A stretch of 64,000 bases of DNA, taken from NCBI GenBank assembly GCA_040285825.1, contig JAUPSS010000003.1, forward strand, positions 186,001 through 250,000. The letters run 5' to 3'. This stretch comes from Eukaryota sp. TZLM1-RC (Eukaryota; Protista; Metamonada: BaSk clade). Shown here one piece after another: positions 37,701 to 48,359 of the stretch (position 1 is the stretch's first letter; every line of letters begins with the position of its first letter). Position numbers and translations under genes: made by a program. The notes under the pieces are model-generated. The model was not told the origin of the DNA and ran no database searches. It worked only from the letters and a program-made list of their open reading frames with translations.

Positions 37701-39921
37701 TCCATGTTATTGTGATCTCAACCAGTCATCCTTGGACTCGAGATTTCTTGGATTTGATCAACACTGATTCTGTTTGGTCAGTCTTTTTTTACATTAATTG
37801 CAATTCCCAGAAATTTGCCCAATTTCTGAATTCTGTCTTGGTAAATATTGAAGTTGTCAATGTTGTTTGTGAAGGTCTTTATCAGGTCTGTGATTGTATA
37901 GGCGATTTTAGTTGTTTTTCAGATGTTTTTATTGTCTTGTTTGATCAATCTCATCCTAATTACGAAGAAAGAGTGGATAAATTCTTGAAAGTTTTCATGA
38001 ATGTTTCTAGTTCCTCTATATCTTCTTCAGCAAAGGCTTCACTTTTCGCTTTGTTAGAAGTTTTGGCGTTTAATAATGAGTATTTTGCCAGGTGTTTGGT
38101 TCAAAAAATTGAAACATGGGGTATATGGATAATCTCCCAGAACGAAGAACTTCAACATCGATGTGGTTTGTTGGCAAAAACTTGCATCAAGTACTCTTTT
38201 GGTGTTGAGATTCTAGTCTATCTACTTGAACAAGCAACAGTGTTGGCTGGACAATTGACTTCAGTTCAGACATTTGAAAATTCTTTCACGGAGCATTGCG
38301 TTTGGTTCTTTGAATCACTCTGCAATTGCCTCAGCTATGAGGGCATCACTTCAAACTTTACCCTTTCTGATCATGCAATTCAGCTTATCTCTGAGTTGGT
38401 TCCTCTTGTTGTGAGTCTTTTGAGTGGATGTGTTTCCTGGGAAGTTCCTCAATCAGACTACATTGTTCTTTTGAGGTTTGTCTTTATTGTTTACAGAAGT
38501 TCAGCTGTCTTTGACAGAGATGAAGTCACTAATGCTTTGTTTATTAGCCTAATTGATGATAATTTTTGAATACTTTGTTGTCAATACCCTTACCGCACGC
38601 TAATTGGAATTTTTATTTACCCGCTGAGTTTTTATACTATTTGTTTGAAATCTGGTTTGTTTTGGTAAATTCTTGCTCAGGAAGTTTAAAAACCTCTCTA
38701 GTCAACGAACTCAGGACTAAATTACTCCCTCAATTCTGTAAACGTTTGACTCACTTGTCATTTGATGCTTGTTTTGCATTGGGTCTTTTGTGTGGTGGGC
38801 TAGTTGAAGTTGCTTCACCTTGTTGTGAACTTTTTTCCGCTGCCTTGAAGCATAATGTCGGAGGAGAACACTTATTATCATTTCTTTACGAAGCAGTTTG
38901 TTCAGCTGAAGCAAGTACACCCAATAACATTTTGGATTGTTTGATCAAGTTATCAGTTGTTCCAGAATTATTAAAACTGCCAGTTGATTTTGACCAAAAA
39001 ACATGTGTGTATCATTTTGAAATTGTTCATGCTGTTTTTTATTATTCAAAGAACTTTCACAAGGAAAATTTCAAGAAGCAGTGTAACAAAATTCTCAGCA
39101 GTACCAGTAATAATCTCCTTAATTACTTCATTCAGGCTTTTGAATCTTCTTCTAAAGAAGATTTTGCGGTGGAAAGCAAGAAATTATTGCTTGGGATTGT
39201 GTTTTCTGCTTGTGAAATTCATCAGCAGTTTCTAATTAACATTGCTTCTCAACTTATTAATGTGTTGAAATCTAACAAGACAGAACATTCCGATTTTGAG
39301 GCTTTAATGACTTTCACTTCCAAATTTTTACTACGATTCACTCATCAATTACGAGGAAAAGCTGATGTAGATTTTTTGGTTTTGATTTTTCTGTGGTCTT
39401 CATTAGTCAATTGTAATATGTTCTTTGCCGTTGAAGCTTTCAAAATACTGGAATCTGTTGGTGTCTCACAACTGGAATTGGAGAATTTGTTATGTCTTTT
39501 AAACACTGTCGACCTTTATCCAATCAATGGCTTGCTTCTGTTTAGGTTTCAGCATATCTTTTCACAACGAGGCCTTTCTTTTGACCTCTCTGACAAATTA
39601 ATTAGTTTATCAACCCAGATTAGTCTCAATTTACCTTTAACAAAGCCACCCACAGAGGTTGAAACCAATTTCATCACCCAATTTTCCAGGAGTTGGAATG
39701 ACGATGAAGAGTTTTTGAAATTTTTAACTAACAGTTCAAATGTCAACTTGGTCAACTTGGTTGACTTTTATGGTAAAGTGGCAGCATTTTGTCTATTTTT
39801 GAAGTTACACAGTTTGGAGGTAGATGCAAAAGTGCAAGATGGTATTACATCATTGCATAGTATTAAGAAGGCAGGGCTGTTGCCCAGCGTATTTGAAAGT
39901 GAATTTGAATCACTAAAGTAG
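31730..39921 (+). CDS. Giant ubiquitin-specific protease, USP9/24/34 family (apparent -1 frameshift at ~38566)
   Basis: Cys box GLRNLSATCYLNSLIQQL, QMDLHEF, and His box VHAGSSDSGHYYS. The ORFs 31706-38569 and 38566-39921 join if one T is added to AATTTTTGA. Confidence 0.9.
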
Positions 39922-40029
39922 TCTGTTGTAGCTGTTAAACAGATTGTAAATAAATAATATTTTTCCCTTTTCCTCATTTTTTACGATGATTAGCAAAGTA
40001 TTTATTGAATTTGCACACTTAATTAAATT

Positions 40030-41212
40030 ATCTCATACTAATGGGACGACTATCATTGAACCAAGATTTCCTCTACAAAATCTTGATCTGCTTGCTGTCT
40101 AGCTAAAGCTTCTCTAATTCGATTGAAAAACCGAGGTAATCTATTAATAATGGTAAATTGAATCCGTGAACGTCATAAAAAAATATCAAATCTTTTCATT
40201 GTTTTTTCTTGCACCAATTTTTGGAAGTCATCCAAAAAGTTTCTGCTTCAACTGATAATCTTCCATTTATCGAAAATGGGAAAGCAATAAAAACCAGCTG
40301 TGTATTTCTATCGACATTAGCCTCTTCAATATCTTTATCATATTTTCTATGTTTCTCTTTTGCTTTAAAATCCAGAGCAGCCACAGGATTAAGTTTTCTT
40401 CTGTGAACCAAAGTATCATTTGCAACATTACATGAGACAAAGTCAACAATAGCTTCAGAATTATTAATCCAATCACAGTATACATCACCTCTATCATCAG
40501 AACCAAAATTATTCAGAGAAAGTGTTTCCTTTAGCAGGGGCTCTTTGATACACGATATCCTTGCAGTTTGTGCCATATTGAAAACAGCGTCTCTAACAGC
40601 ATCATGTAATGAAGAACGATAAGTTATCAATTTAGAACAGTTCAGAACATGGCGCAAAGTGAGTTGAGGTGAATTCGAACAAATACATTTTTCTTTTGAT
40701 AATAATTGATTAATGGGGATATTCAAATATAATCTCATTTTTTTTACAAATGCTTCATTAGTGGCACACAATCCAAATCTTCGTGGTACAATGGTTACAA
40801 ACAGTGAAGAAACTGATGACTGATTTTCACAAACACCCTTTTCCAATAACAATGAGTGAAGATCTTGATTGAAAAAAAGTCGAGCTGCATATATTATTAT
40901 AAAGATCATTTTCATACTTTCCAGTCAATCGTTTCTGTAATGTTCGAAGAGTGTATTTTAAATCTAAAAGATTCTTTTCAGGAATATTGCCACTGAATGA
41001 TTGGGGAAAGCATCGACTCCATTTTTCTACATCAGTTTTTGAAATTTCTTCATTTAATGCAAAAACAGTGGAACTTTGCGTTGTCATCAATAAATCTTCC
41101 CATTCTGCAAATCTTTCGGAAAAGTCAAAGATTGCATTTCTGCATCCACCAATAAAAGCACACAAAGTAAGAATAGAAGCCTTCGTCCAACCTAAACCGC
41201 CATAATGTGGAA
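40030..41212 (-). mobile_element. Non-LTR family A, 5'-truncated copy
   Basis: The reverse complement matches 4860-6040 and carries the same RLE motifs. Confidence 0.88.
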
Positions 41213-41399
41213 ATTGAATCAAGTTCAATTTTTATTTTTTCCGAAATAACTTGTGAGGCACATTTTCTAACCAACAACCAAGGAACTTAAAAGCATCACT
41301 ACTATAATGAATAAGAGGGACAGCAGAATCGTTTATCACAAGATTCTGAGCACAAGAGCCAATCAGAAGGCATTTGCTCGCATTAAGATGGTTTATTTA

Positions 41400-42148
41400 C
41401 CCTTTCTTTGTGGCCATGAGCCCCTACCACAGTAATCTAGTCGGTTAGACAGCTGGTCAAGCATGTGGACCAATGCATTCAAGCATTGTCCTATCACCCA
41501 AGCCTCGCTCAATGACGTCTTCTCTATTGAGCCAACTGACTCCAAACTGTTATTCCGTTCAGGGCTATTATCAGTATCTGACCGCAATGGCAGCAGAATA
41601 TATAGATGTTGCTAAACGTACTGAAATGGAACAGTGGCTTAATGTGAATCCTCAAAGAGACAACACTGAAAGACAAAGTTTATTGGACGACCATCTACAT
41701 CAAGGAAAAAGAAAAGCTATACGCTGTAATCGCTTCGAATTTTTTATCCATCGCCAAAAGAGATGCAGCCATTTTGTCCAGAAAATCAAAAACATGGCTG
41801 AAAATCGTGAAGTGACTATTTGGGTTGGGAAAGGAGGTGATGGACCATCCCGTCAAAGAGTGAAAACACCAAAAAGCGTTTTCTGAAGTATCTCAAGGCT
41901 CGATTTCCAACCATGAAGGATGGAGATGAATTTTATAAATCGTCAAAGTGAACTGTTGCAAAGTTTTCCATGAAGACCTTTACTTCATAGAGAATGGAGA
42001 AAGGAAAAAGTCTAAAGCCTATTTTACATGTCCAGGATTTGGGATGGTTTGGTCAAGAGATATGTCTGTATCGAGAAACCAGTGGGATATTGTAGTAAGC
42101 GAGTATTTTTTGAACACTAGACCCATAGCTTTTAGAAGACTTCAATAA
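41400..42148 (+). pseudogene. Fanzor/TnpB family A, 5'-truncated element F5
   Basis: Degenerate RuvC-I (FVAMSPYHSNL), WVGKGGDGPSRQRVKTP, GDEF, NCCK and WSRDMS. Highly similar to F3. Confidence 0.85.
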
Positions 42149-42284
42149 GAGTCTTCAAATCCAACGTATTTTGATCTAAGCCAATCATCTCCGTATGGTT
42201 GAGTTCAGACATGTGGATATGGTTGAACTATTGGTAATTAACAATTCAGCTAAAGAATGCATTTCCAGTCATAACCACAGACAG
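42135..42284 (+). ncRNA. Candidate Fanzor omega-RNA scaffold (family A, copy 2)
   Basis: Conserved structured tail ending AACCACAGACAG, 18 nt before the next ATG. Confidence 0.65.
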
Positions 42285-42302
42285 TACCCCTGAGTATAAC
42301 CT

Positions 42303-42623
42303 ATGCATTACGTCTGTTATTCCTGCCGAACTTCTCTTTTCACGCAAAAGGACTTACATACACATAGTGTAGACAATTTTCACTGTACGACACTGTTTCT
42401 GTCAGACCCTGTTTGGTTTGATGCATCCTCCAATCAAGGAAAGGTATTCTGTCCTAATCAACGCTGCAAAGCCAAACTCGGTATGTTCAATTGGTCTGGT
42501 GTTCAATGTGGTTGTGGATCATGGGTAGTTCCGGGGTTCAGCATATCCAGTCAAAAGGCGGATTTAGTTAAACCTGTGGACTTGACAAAGTTAGCACAAC
42601 CCTCCACTCGTGAAACCTGCTGA
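42303..42623 (+). CDS. Yvh1/DUSP12 C-terminal zinc-binding domain protein (stand-alone)
   Basis: CYSCRTSLF..H..C..F..GKVFCPNQRCKAKLGMFNWSGVQCGCGSWVVPGF. Confidence 0.88.
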   Translation: MHYVCYSCRTSLFTQKDLHTHSVDNFHCTTLFLSDPVWFDASSNQGKVFCPNQRCKAKLGMFNWSGVQCGCGSWVVPGFSISSQKADLVKPVDLTKLAQPSTRETC

Positions 42624-42650
42624 GTTTTTGTTTCTGAAACTCTCATTAAT

Positions 42651-43004
42651 ATGGTGAGTTGCTCTGATTCACCGATGTCTGAATTTGTTCCCTCCACCCC
42701 TGTGCTTCATGAACGCAAGCTTCCTCGACGACCCAGTCTCATTGGTGATGTTGTCGAGTCTACGTCTCCAGCGAATTTTGACCACCACACATTGAGTGAT
42801 CATCACTTATGGTCAGCACCAGTAGTCAGAGCACTTAAACGTCCTGTTCAGCTAGCTGCTGAAAAGAGGCAAGAAGCCTCTAGTCCAGGCGCCCCTCCTT
42901 GTCTGAGTGTTCCTGTGCTTAGCAGAAAAACTGCATTTCTCACAATAGATGTGGTTAATAAACCATCAAAGGAAGCGTTGGTGTTGCCCAAGTACCCACG
43001 GTAG
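42651..43004 (+). CDS. Hypothetical Pro/Ser-rich protein
   Basis: 117-aa ORF with coding-like composition. No motif recognised. Confidence 0.45.
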   Translation: MVSCSDSPMSEFVPSTPVLHERKLPRRPSLIGDVVESTSPANFDHHTLSDHHLWSAPVVRALKRPVQLAAEKRQEASSPGAPPCLSVPVLSRKTAFLTIDVVNKPSKEALVLPKYPR

Positions 43005-43544
43005 TTTAGGAACATTATTTTAGTAATTCTTTTCTGTATTTTAGTTTTAAATATAATTTAGATTCTTGTAACTATCTGAACTACCAGCTCTTTTCAAGAC
43101 ATGGTCAATTATCGCGATTTTTCAACAATATTTTCAGGCACCTGTAGTGGGTAAATTATCCAACAACAATTATATTCTATTGATAGATGTTATCTCAAAA
43201 TCTTTATTTAATAATATGTATTTCTATCATTAACATGGCTGTTGAACAAGTCTAAACAATGTTCAAGAGTGTATTGTTGTTATCAGCATCTAGTTATACA
43301 ACTCAAAGGAAATGAAGTTGACATAAAATACTTACCCCTGATTACCCAATTTTAAACTTTTGCCAGATATCTTCGTACCAACACATCAAAAGAGAGAATT
43401 TACATAGTTTACAATTATTAATAAAGAACACAGAATAATAAGAAAAAAAATAGGTAACTGATGTAGACACCATAACAAAAAAGTTGCATTCGATTGAAAA
43501 ACCAAATTCAAGTTTAGCAGAGTTGAATTAATAATGAGACATTA

Positions 43545-45110
43545 TCATATGGGAATTAAAACCAATTGAAAATGAACAGAAACACGACATGAGGACTTCT
43601 CAAATTGAATTAAATCAGATCTCAGTAATGAGCTCAGTGTGTCAGAGTAACTTAATATAGGAGCGCTAAAATCATGATGATCAATAACAAAAACAGAAAC
43701 TTCGCAGGTGTAAAGTTCAATCAAGCAATCCTCAGAATAATCAGTTGCAGTCGAACAGTTAAAAACTGGAGAACTGCCTTTAACAAATGAACTAAAAAGA
43801 TTAACAGTATTTCCAATAAGAACTGCAATTGAGTGTTGGGAATCGTGAGGGAAACCCGACCCATCAAGAACAGAAACCATCAATCTAATGAAAGGTTTTG
43901 ATTGATCAATCAACTGTGACGCATCAATTAAAGAGTTTGATTGAATGAATTCTGTTCGTTCAGGTGACTCTGGTCTAACTAACCTTCCTTTTTCTTTTTC
44001 TTTTTCTTTCTCTTCCTTATTTGACATTAAAGCATCATTTACTTGTTTTAGCTCAGCGATTTGCTGCTTTAATTCTGTATTCTCTTTATCCAAATGTTCA
44101 TTTTGTTGTTGTAACTTTGACACAATTCCATGCTGATTTCCTAATAGCTTAGAAAGCTTTTCAGAACTTCCTTCAAGATCACGAACTCTTGCCGTTAGTT
44201 TCTGGTTCTCTTCTGCAAGTTTACGTGAATCAACCCCAACTTCACTTTGACGGCTGACCCGAGCGCCGGCAAGACTTCTACGGAATTCTTCTTCTTTTTG
44301 AATCAATAGTGCCTGCATTTCAGCCAATCTGGCCTCCAATGTGCTTTTTTCTGCTTCTTGTGCCTCAACTTCTGATCTCAACTCAGCATTGGTGACTTCA
44401 AGCTGCTCAATGCGTGAACTGAGTGTTGAACACTCATATTCGCTGTAACAAAGTCCTTGAATTCTCAATCGTTGTTCCTTAACTGTTTGATTAAGGGAAG
44501 CAACCAATTCTTCAAGCTCCCTACACCGCTCTTCAGAGTCTACCAAAGACTGTGAAATCTTTTGATGGCGATCCTTAAGGAGTACTTGCTCGGTTTGGAG
44601 CTGGGTAATTTCTTTTTGTAGGGGTAATATCCTTGGATCATTTTCAGGAATTGCCAGTGAAGCGAGAGTTGAGGAATCTGCTAACTGTCGTAAATGGTTG
44701 GAAAGCCTTTGGTTGTCATCTTTAAGGCAGGTGATTCTATGGTCAGCTTCTATGAGTTTTCGCTTAAAGAGGGATAGTAAAGAACGAAGTTTTGCGTCCG
44801 AAACTGAAGCAGGGGGAGAATCTTCTGGTAATGCCAACTCATTGTCTGTTTGAATTTCACGACTGTATGACGAAATAGGTGGTGGTGCAGCTTCAGGAAG
44901 TTGTTTTGGAGTTGCTATTCTGGTAGAAGGTGCAGAGAGAGGTCGAGGACGACGAGGTAGTGACTTTGATCTCACTGATGAAGATAAACGGTCTCTATTT
45001 TTCAGCTTACAGAGCTTATTCTCGAGTTGGGAACAGTGCTTGGATTTTTCCTTGAGACGTAGTTCAAGATCATCCACATAATCTTCTAGCTCCCTGTCCC
45101 GTGGGGACAT
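43545..45110 (-). CDS. Coiled-coil + C2-like domain protein (RPGRIP1L/Fantom-like, tentative)
   Basis: Long coiled coil, an N-terminal RELED motif and a C-terminal beta-rich C2-like region (SPVFN). Confidence 0.55.
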   Translation of the reverse strand: MSPRDRELEDYVDDLELRLKEKSKHCSQLENKLCKLKNRDRLSSSVRSKSLPRRPRPLSAPSTRIATPKQLPEAAPPPISSYSREIQTDNELALPEDSPPASVSDAKLRSLLSLFKRKLIEADHRITCLKDDNQRLSNHLRQLADSSTLASLAIPENDPRILPLQKEITQLQTEQVLLKDRHQKISQSLVDSEERCRELEELVASLNQTVKEQRLRIQGLCYSEYECSTLSSRIEQLEVTNAELRSEVEAQEAEKSTLEARLAEMQALLIQKEEEFRRSLAGARVSRQSEVGVDSRKLAEENQKLTARVRDLEGSSEKLSKLLGNQHGIVSKLQQQNEHLDKENTELKQQIAELKQVNDALMSNKEEKEKEKEKGRLVRPESPERTEFIQSNSLIDASQLIDQSKPFIRLMVSVLDGSGFPHDSQHSIAVLIGNTVNLFSSFVKGSSPVFNCSTATDYSEDCLIELYTCEVSVFVIDHHDFSAPILSYSDTLSSLLRSDLIQFEKSSCRVSVHFQLVLIPI

Positions 45111-45186
45111 TTAAGACAAAGCGGTTGTTGAGCAAGAGACTTTGGTAGCAAAATGCCGTGTAGTTAAAATAATTTGATTAAACAAA

Positions 45187-45338
45187 CTATCTGTGGCTTT
45201 CACTGGAAATGCATTCTTTATCTGCAATGTCAATTTCCAATACTTCAACCATATTCACATGTCTAAACTTAACCTTACGGAGATGATCGGCTTAGATCAA
45301 AATACGTTGGATTTGAAGACTCTTATTGAGGTCTTCTA
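45187..45338 (-). ncRNA. Candidate Fanzor omega-RNA scaffold (family A, copy 3)
   Basis: Same conserved tail, ending AGCCACAGATAG. Confidence 0.65.
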
Positions 45339-45870
45339 AAAGCTACGGGTTTAGTGTTCAAAAAATACTCGCTTACTGCAATCTCCCACTGGTTTCTCGA
45401 GGCAGACATATCTCTTGACCAAACCATCCCACATCCTGGACATGTAAAATAGGCTTTAGACTTTTTCCTTTTTCCATTCTCTATGAAGTAAAGGTCTTCA
45501 TGGAAAACTTTGCAACAGTTCACTTTGGCAGATGTATAGTATTCATCTCCATCCTTCACGGTTGGAAATCGAGCCTTGAGATACTTCAGAAAACGCTTTC
45601 TTGGTGTTTTCACTCTTTGACGGGATGGTCCATCACCTCCTTTCCCAACCCAAATAGTCACTTCACGATTTTCAGCCATGTTTTTGATTTTCTGGACAAA
45701 ATGGCGATTTTTCGGTAATGAGAAGGAAATTAGCAAAACCCACAGCAAGGTAGAGTTTTTCAGGATGTCCAGCCAGCCTTTGAAATTTGTTGAGGCTCTC
45801 TCGGAACAGTCTCTCTTTTCGTCTGCGGTTATCAAATTTAATTATTTTCCATTTCTGGCGATTACTTTCC
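45323..45870 (-). pseudogene. Chimeric Fanzor remnant F6 (family B middle + family A C-terminus)
   Basis: 45705-45870 matches 59810-59975. 45323-45705 matches 41765-42148 and keeps DEYYTS, CPGC and SRD motifs. Confidence 0.85.
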
Positions 45871-45871
45871 A

Positions 45872-46195
45872 AGTAAAGAAGAAAGTCTCAGATATTAATG
45901 CTCCTCCTCGTAAAGGAGTCTATATTCATGGTCTTTCATTAGAAGGAGCAAGATGGATGTTCAAGCTGGTTGTCTCGCTGAATCAGAACCTCAGGTACTT
46001 TTGGATGAAGTTCCAGTGTTTTATTTAAAGGCCACGACCTTGGATAAACGAACCCAAAACACCAAGTAATTTTTCGAGTGTCCTGTCTATTCAACATCCA
46101 TTAGGGGTCCTACTTTTGTTTGGACGTTTTACCTTAGTACCAGAGCTCCAGTTTCTATCTGGAGGCTTGCAGGAACGGCGTTGTTATTGAGTTAG
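45872..46195 (+). pseudogene. Dynein heavy chain extreme C-terminal fragment
   Basis: PRKGVYIHGLSLEGARW / LAESEP..VPVFYL / FECPVYSTSIRGPTFVWTFYL..WRLAGTALLL*, with one frameshift and one stop. Confidence 0.88.
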
Positions 46196-46296
46196 TTTTT
46201 TGTGTTATTATTTTAGAAGAATTAACTGTATATCAAATCAACTAATGGATTATTTCCTATTGTTTAAATGGATCCAAAGAATGAGCAAAGACAACT

Positions 46297-46383
46297 TTGT
46301 TAGCTTTCACAATGATTGTTAGCTTTCACAATGATTGTTAGCTTTCACAATGATTGTTAGTTTTCACAATGATTGTTAGCTTT
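46297..46383. repeat. 19-bp tandem repeat, ~4.6 copies
   Basis: TTGTTAGCTTTCACAATGA units with no spacers. Confidence 0.95.
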
Positions 46384-46839
46384 GATAACGAGAAATTCAA
46401 ATTGTTAAGATTCATCAGTTCATCTTTAATTGCTATCATAATTGCGCACTGCTATCACTGTCTATGACGACAAGTGAAGGTAGCAAGAGTTTAAATATCC
46501 GCAAATCAATTATTTATAAATAATTTTTTAAATGTCCATAAACGCCATTATCAATAATGTTTTCTCCTAAAACAAGAGCCAACCATAAATGCAAAGTAGT
46601 TTCCACCCTAAACAAAAATGAGGTTCTAAATGGGATGTAAAGACATTCGGGTATGAATGAATCAACATCAGAGTCTTGATTATCCATGTTTTCATAACCA
46701 GATAGGTCAAAAAAGGAAGCCATCACAGTGGGAAAAGGATTTTAAAAAAGAGAAATTATGTAAAACTGCTGCTGTGCAAGTGACTGTAAAAATCACCTCC
46801 AATTCAAACATCCTCATCTTCTTGGACTTTATTCTCCAA

Positions 46840-46848
46840 CATCACTTT
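46840..46848 (+). promoter_or_regulatory. Initiator-like motif CATCACTTT (TCACTT core)
   Basis: The same 9-mer precedes the AKR ATG (49241-49249, minus). TCACTT also precedes the ORFs starting at 16532, 18071 and 60622. Confidence 0.55.
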
Positions 46849-46850
46849 TG

Positions 46851-48273
46851 ATGTCTCTCAACAGCGAAGAGATTAACATATTAATATACCGCTATCTACA
46901 GGAAGCTGGTTTGTACCTAAATATATGTACTAATTCAAGGTCTGCATCATACTGCATTTACACTTTCGCAAGAGGGACTTCTCTGGAGAAGCCCACACAG
47001 GACTGCTGAAATTACTCCTGGAAGTCTCATTGCTTATTTGCAGAAGGGACTCATGTATGAGGAAATTGAGACTCATCTCAATAGTGATGGTACAGAGAAA
47101 CGTTGTAGTCAGCCATTCTCATTGGTACATCCTCATGTTTGTTCTGACAGTATGGAAATGGATGGCAAAATGGATAACTCTCTTGTCCATATTGAACCAA
47201 ATAAGATTGCATATCTAGATGGTCACGAGAACACTATTCTAACTGTCAAATGGTCACCGTCTCCAAAAAGGCCATTCATTCTATCTTGCTCAACAGATGG
47301 CACTGCTAGGCTTTGGCCAGTTGATGTAAGACATGAGGTCCTTAAATGTGCAGAAAAGGGTTCGGAAGGAATGATTGTTGCTAATCATCAAGACGGGGCC
47401 AACCAATGTGACGTTACTTGCATAGCATGGTCTTCCAATGGTCTTTTGTTTGCTTCGGGAAGTGCCGATGGCCTAGTTCGTCTTATTGATATCACCACAG
47501 ATCTCCCCAAGTTCAAGTACACCATGTCTGCTCACACAGGTTGTGTCATCTCTGTTTGTTTTAATAAGAAGGCAGATCTGTTGGCTTCATGTTCTACTGA
47601 TCAATCTGTCATTATTTGGGATGTTGTCAGTGGTGAAGTACAACAAACTTTCAAGGTTCATTCAGGTCCAGTTATGGATGTTCAGTGGAGAAGCGACACT
47701 TCCTTTGCCAGTGCTTCTTGTGATGGTACAATTGTATTTTCTAAACTTGGTGAGACCCAACCAAAACAAATTTTTAAACATAGGGCAGATGTTAACGTTG
47801 TCGTTTGGGATTCTCATGGTGTAAATCTGGCATCTGCTTCTGATGATTCAACTGCTAAGATATGGACTGTGCTGTCTGATCACCCAGTGCATACACTTAA
47901 TCATCCTGCAGCTGTGTTTGTTATTCAGTGGAGGCCGGAACCCAAGAGCCAACAAGGAAGGGTTCTTGCCACTCTTGCTAGTGATAATACTATGAGGGTT
48001 TGGGATACTGAAAGAGGTAAGTGCTTACATTTATTGAAGTTTGAAGACCCAGTTTTTTCTTTATCATTTAGTCCTGATGGAGAACATATTGCTGTTGGTG
48101 GTACACGGTTTTTGTTTATTTATGAGGTATTGTCAGGTAACTTGATAAGGGATCTGGATGTAGGCAGTGAGATTTCTGAAATAACTTGGTCACCAGAGTG
48201 GTCTGGAAAGCAATTTGTGACTCTCTGTCTTACACAGCAAATGCGAATTGCCCTTGTTGAACCGTTTTCGTAG
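46851..48273 (+). CDS. TBL1: LisH + WD40 protein TBL1/Ebi/Sif2 (two exons, 46851-46908 and 46940-48273)
   Basis: MSLNSEEINILIYRYLQEAG|LHHTAF LisH domain, PGSLIAYLQKGLMY and WD40 repeats. Splicing out 31 nt restores the frame. Confidence 0.9.
46909..46939 (+). other. 31-nt spliceosomal intron
   Basis: GTTTGT...TACTAATTCAAG, phase 1. Its removal restores the conserved LisH motif. Confidence 0.9.
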
Positions 48274-48359
48274 CATTGGTTTTATTTAGGTTTAATTTTG
48301 TATTTTTGGTTAAAGTTTCATTAAATTTAACTCTATGTACAATTTGTGATTTTTATTCA

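Noticed and set aside
42270-42290. Helitron 3' end for family A
   Set aside because: A hairpin is present, but the terminus is not CTRR and no Rep/helicase is seen.
46297-46383. CRISPR-like array
   Set aside because: These are head-to-tail 19-bp units with no spacers, so it is a minisatellite.
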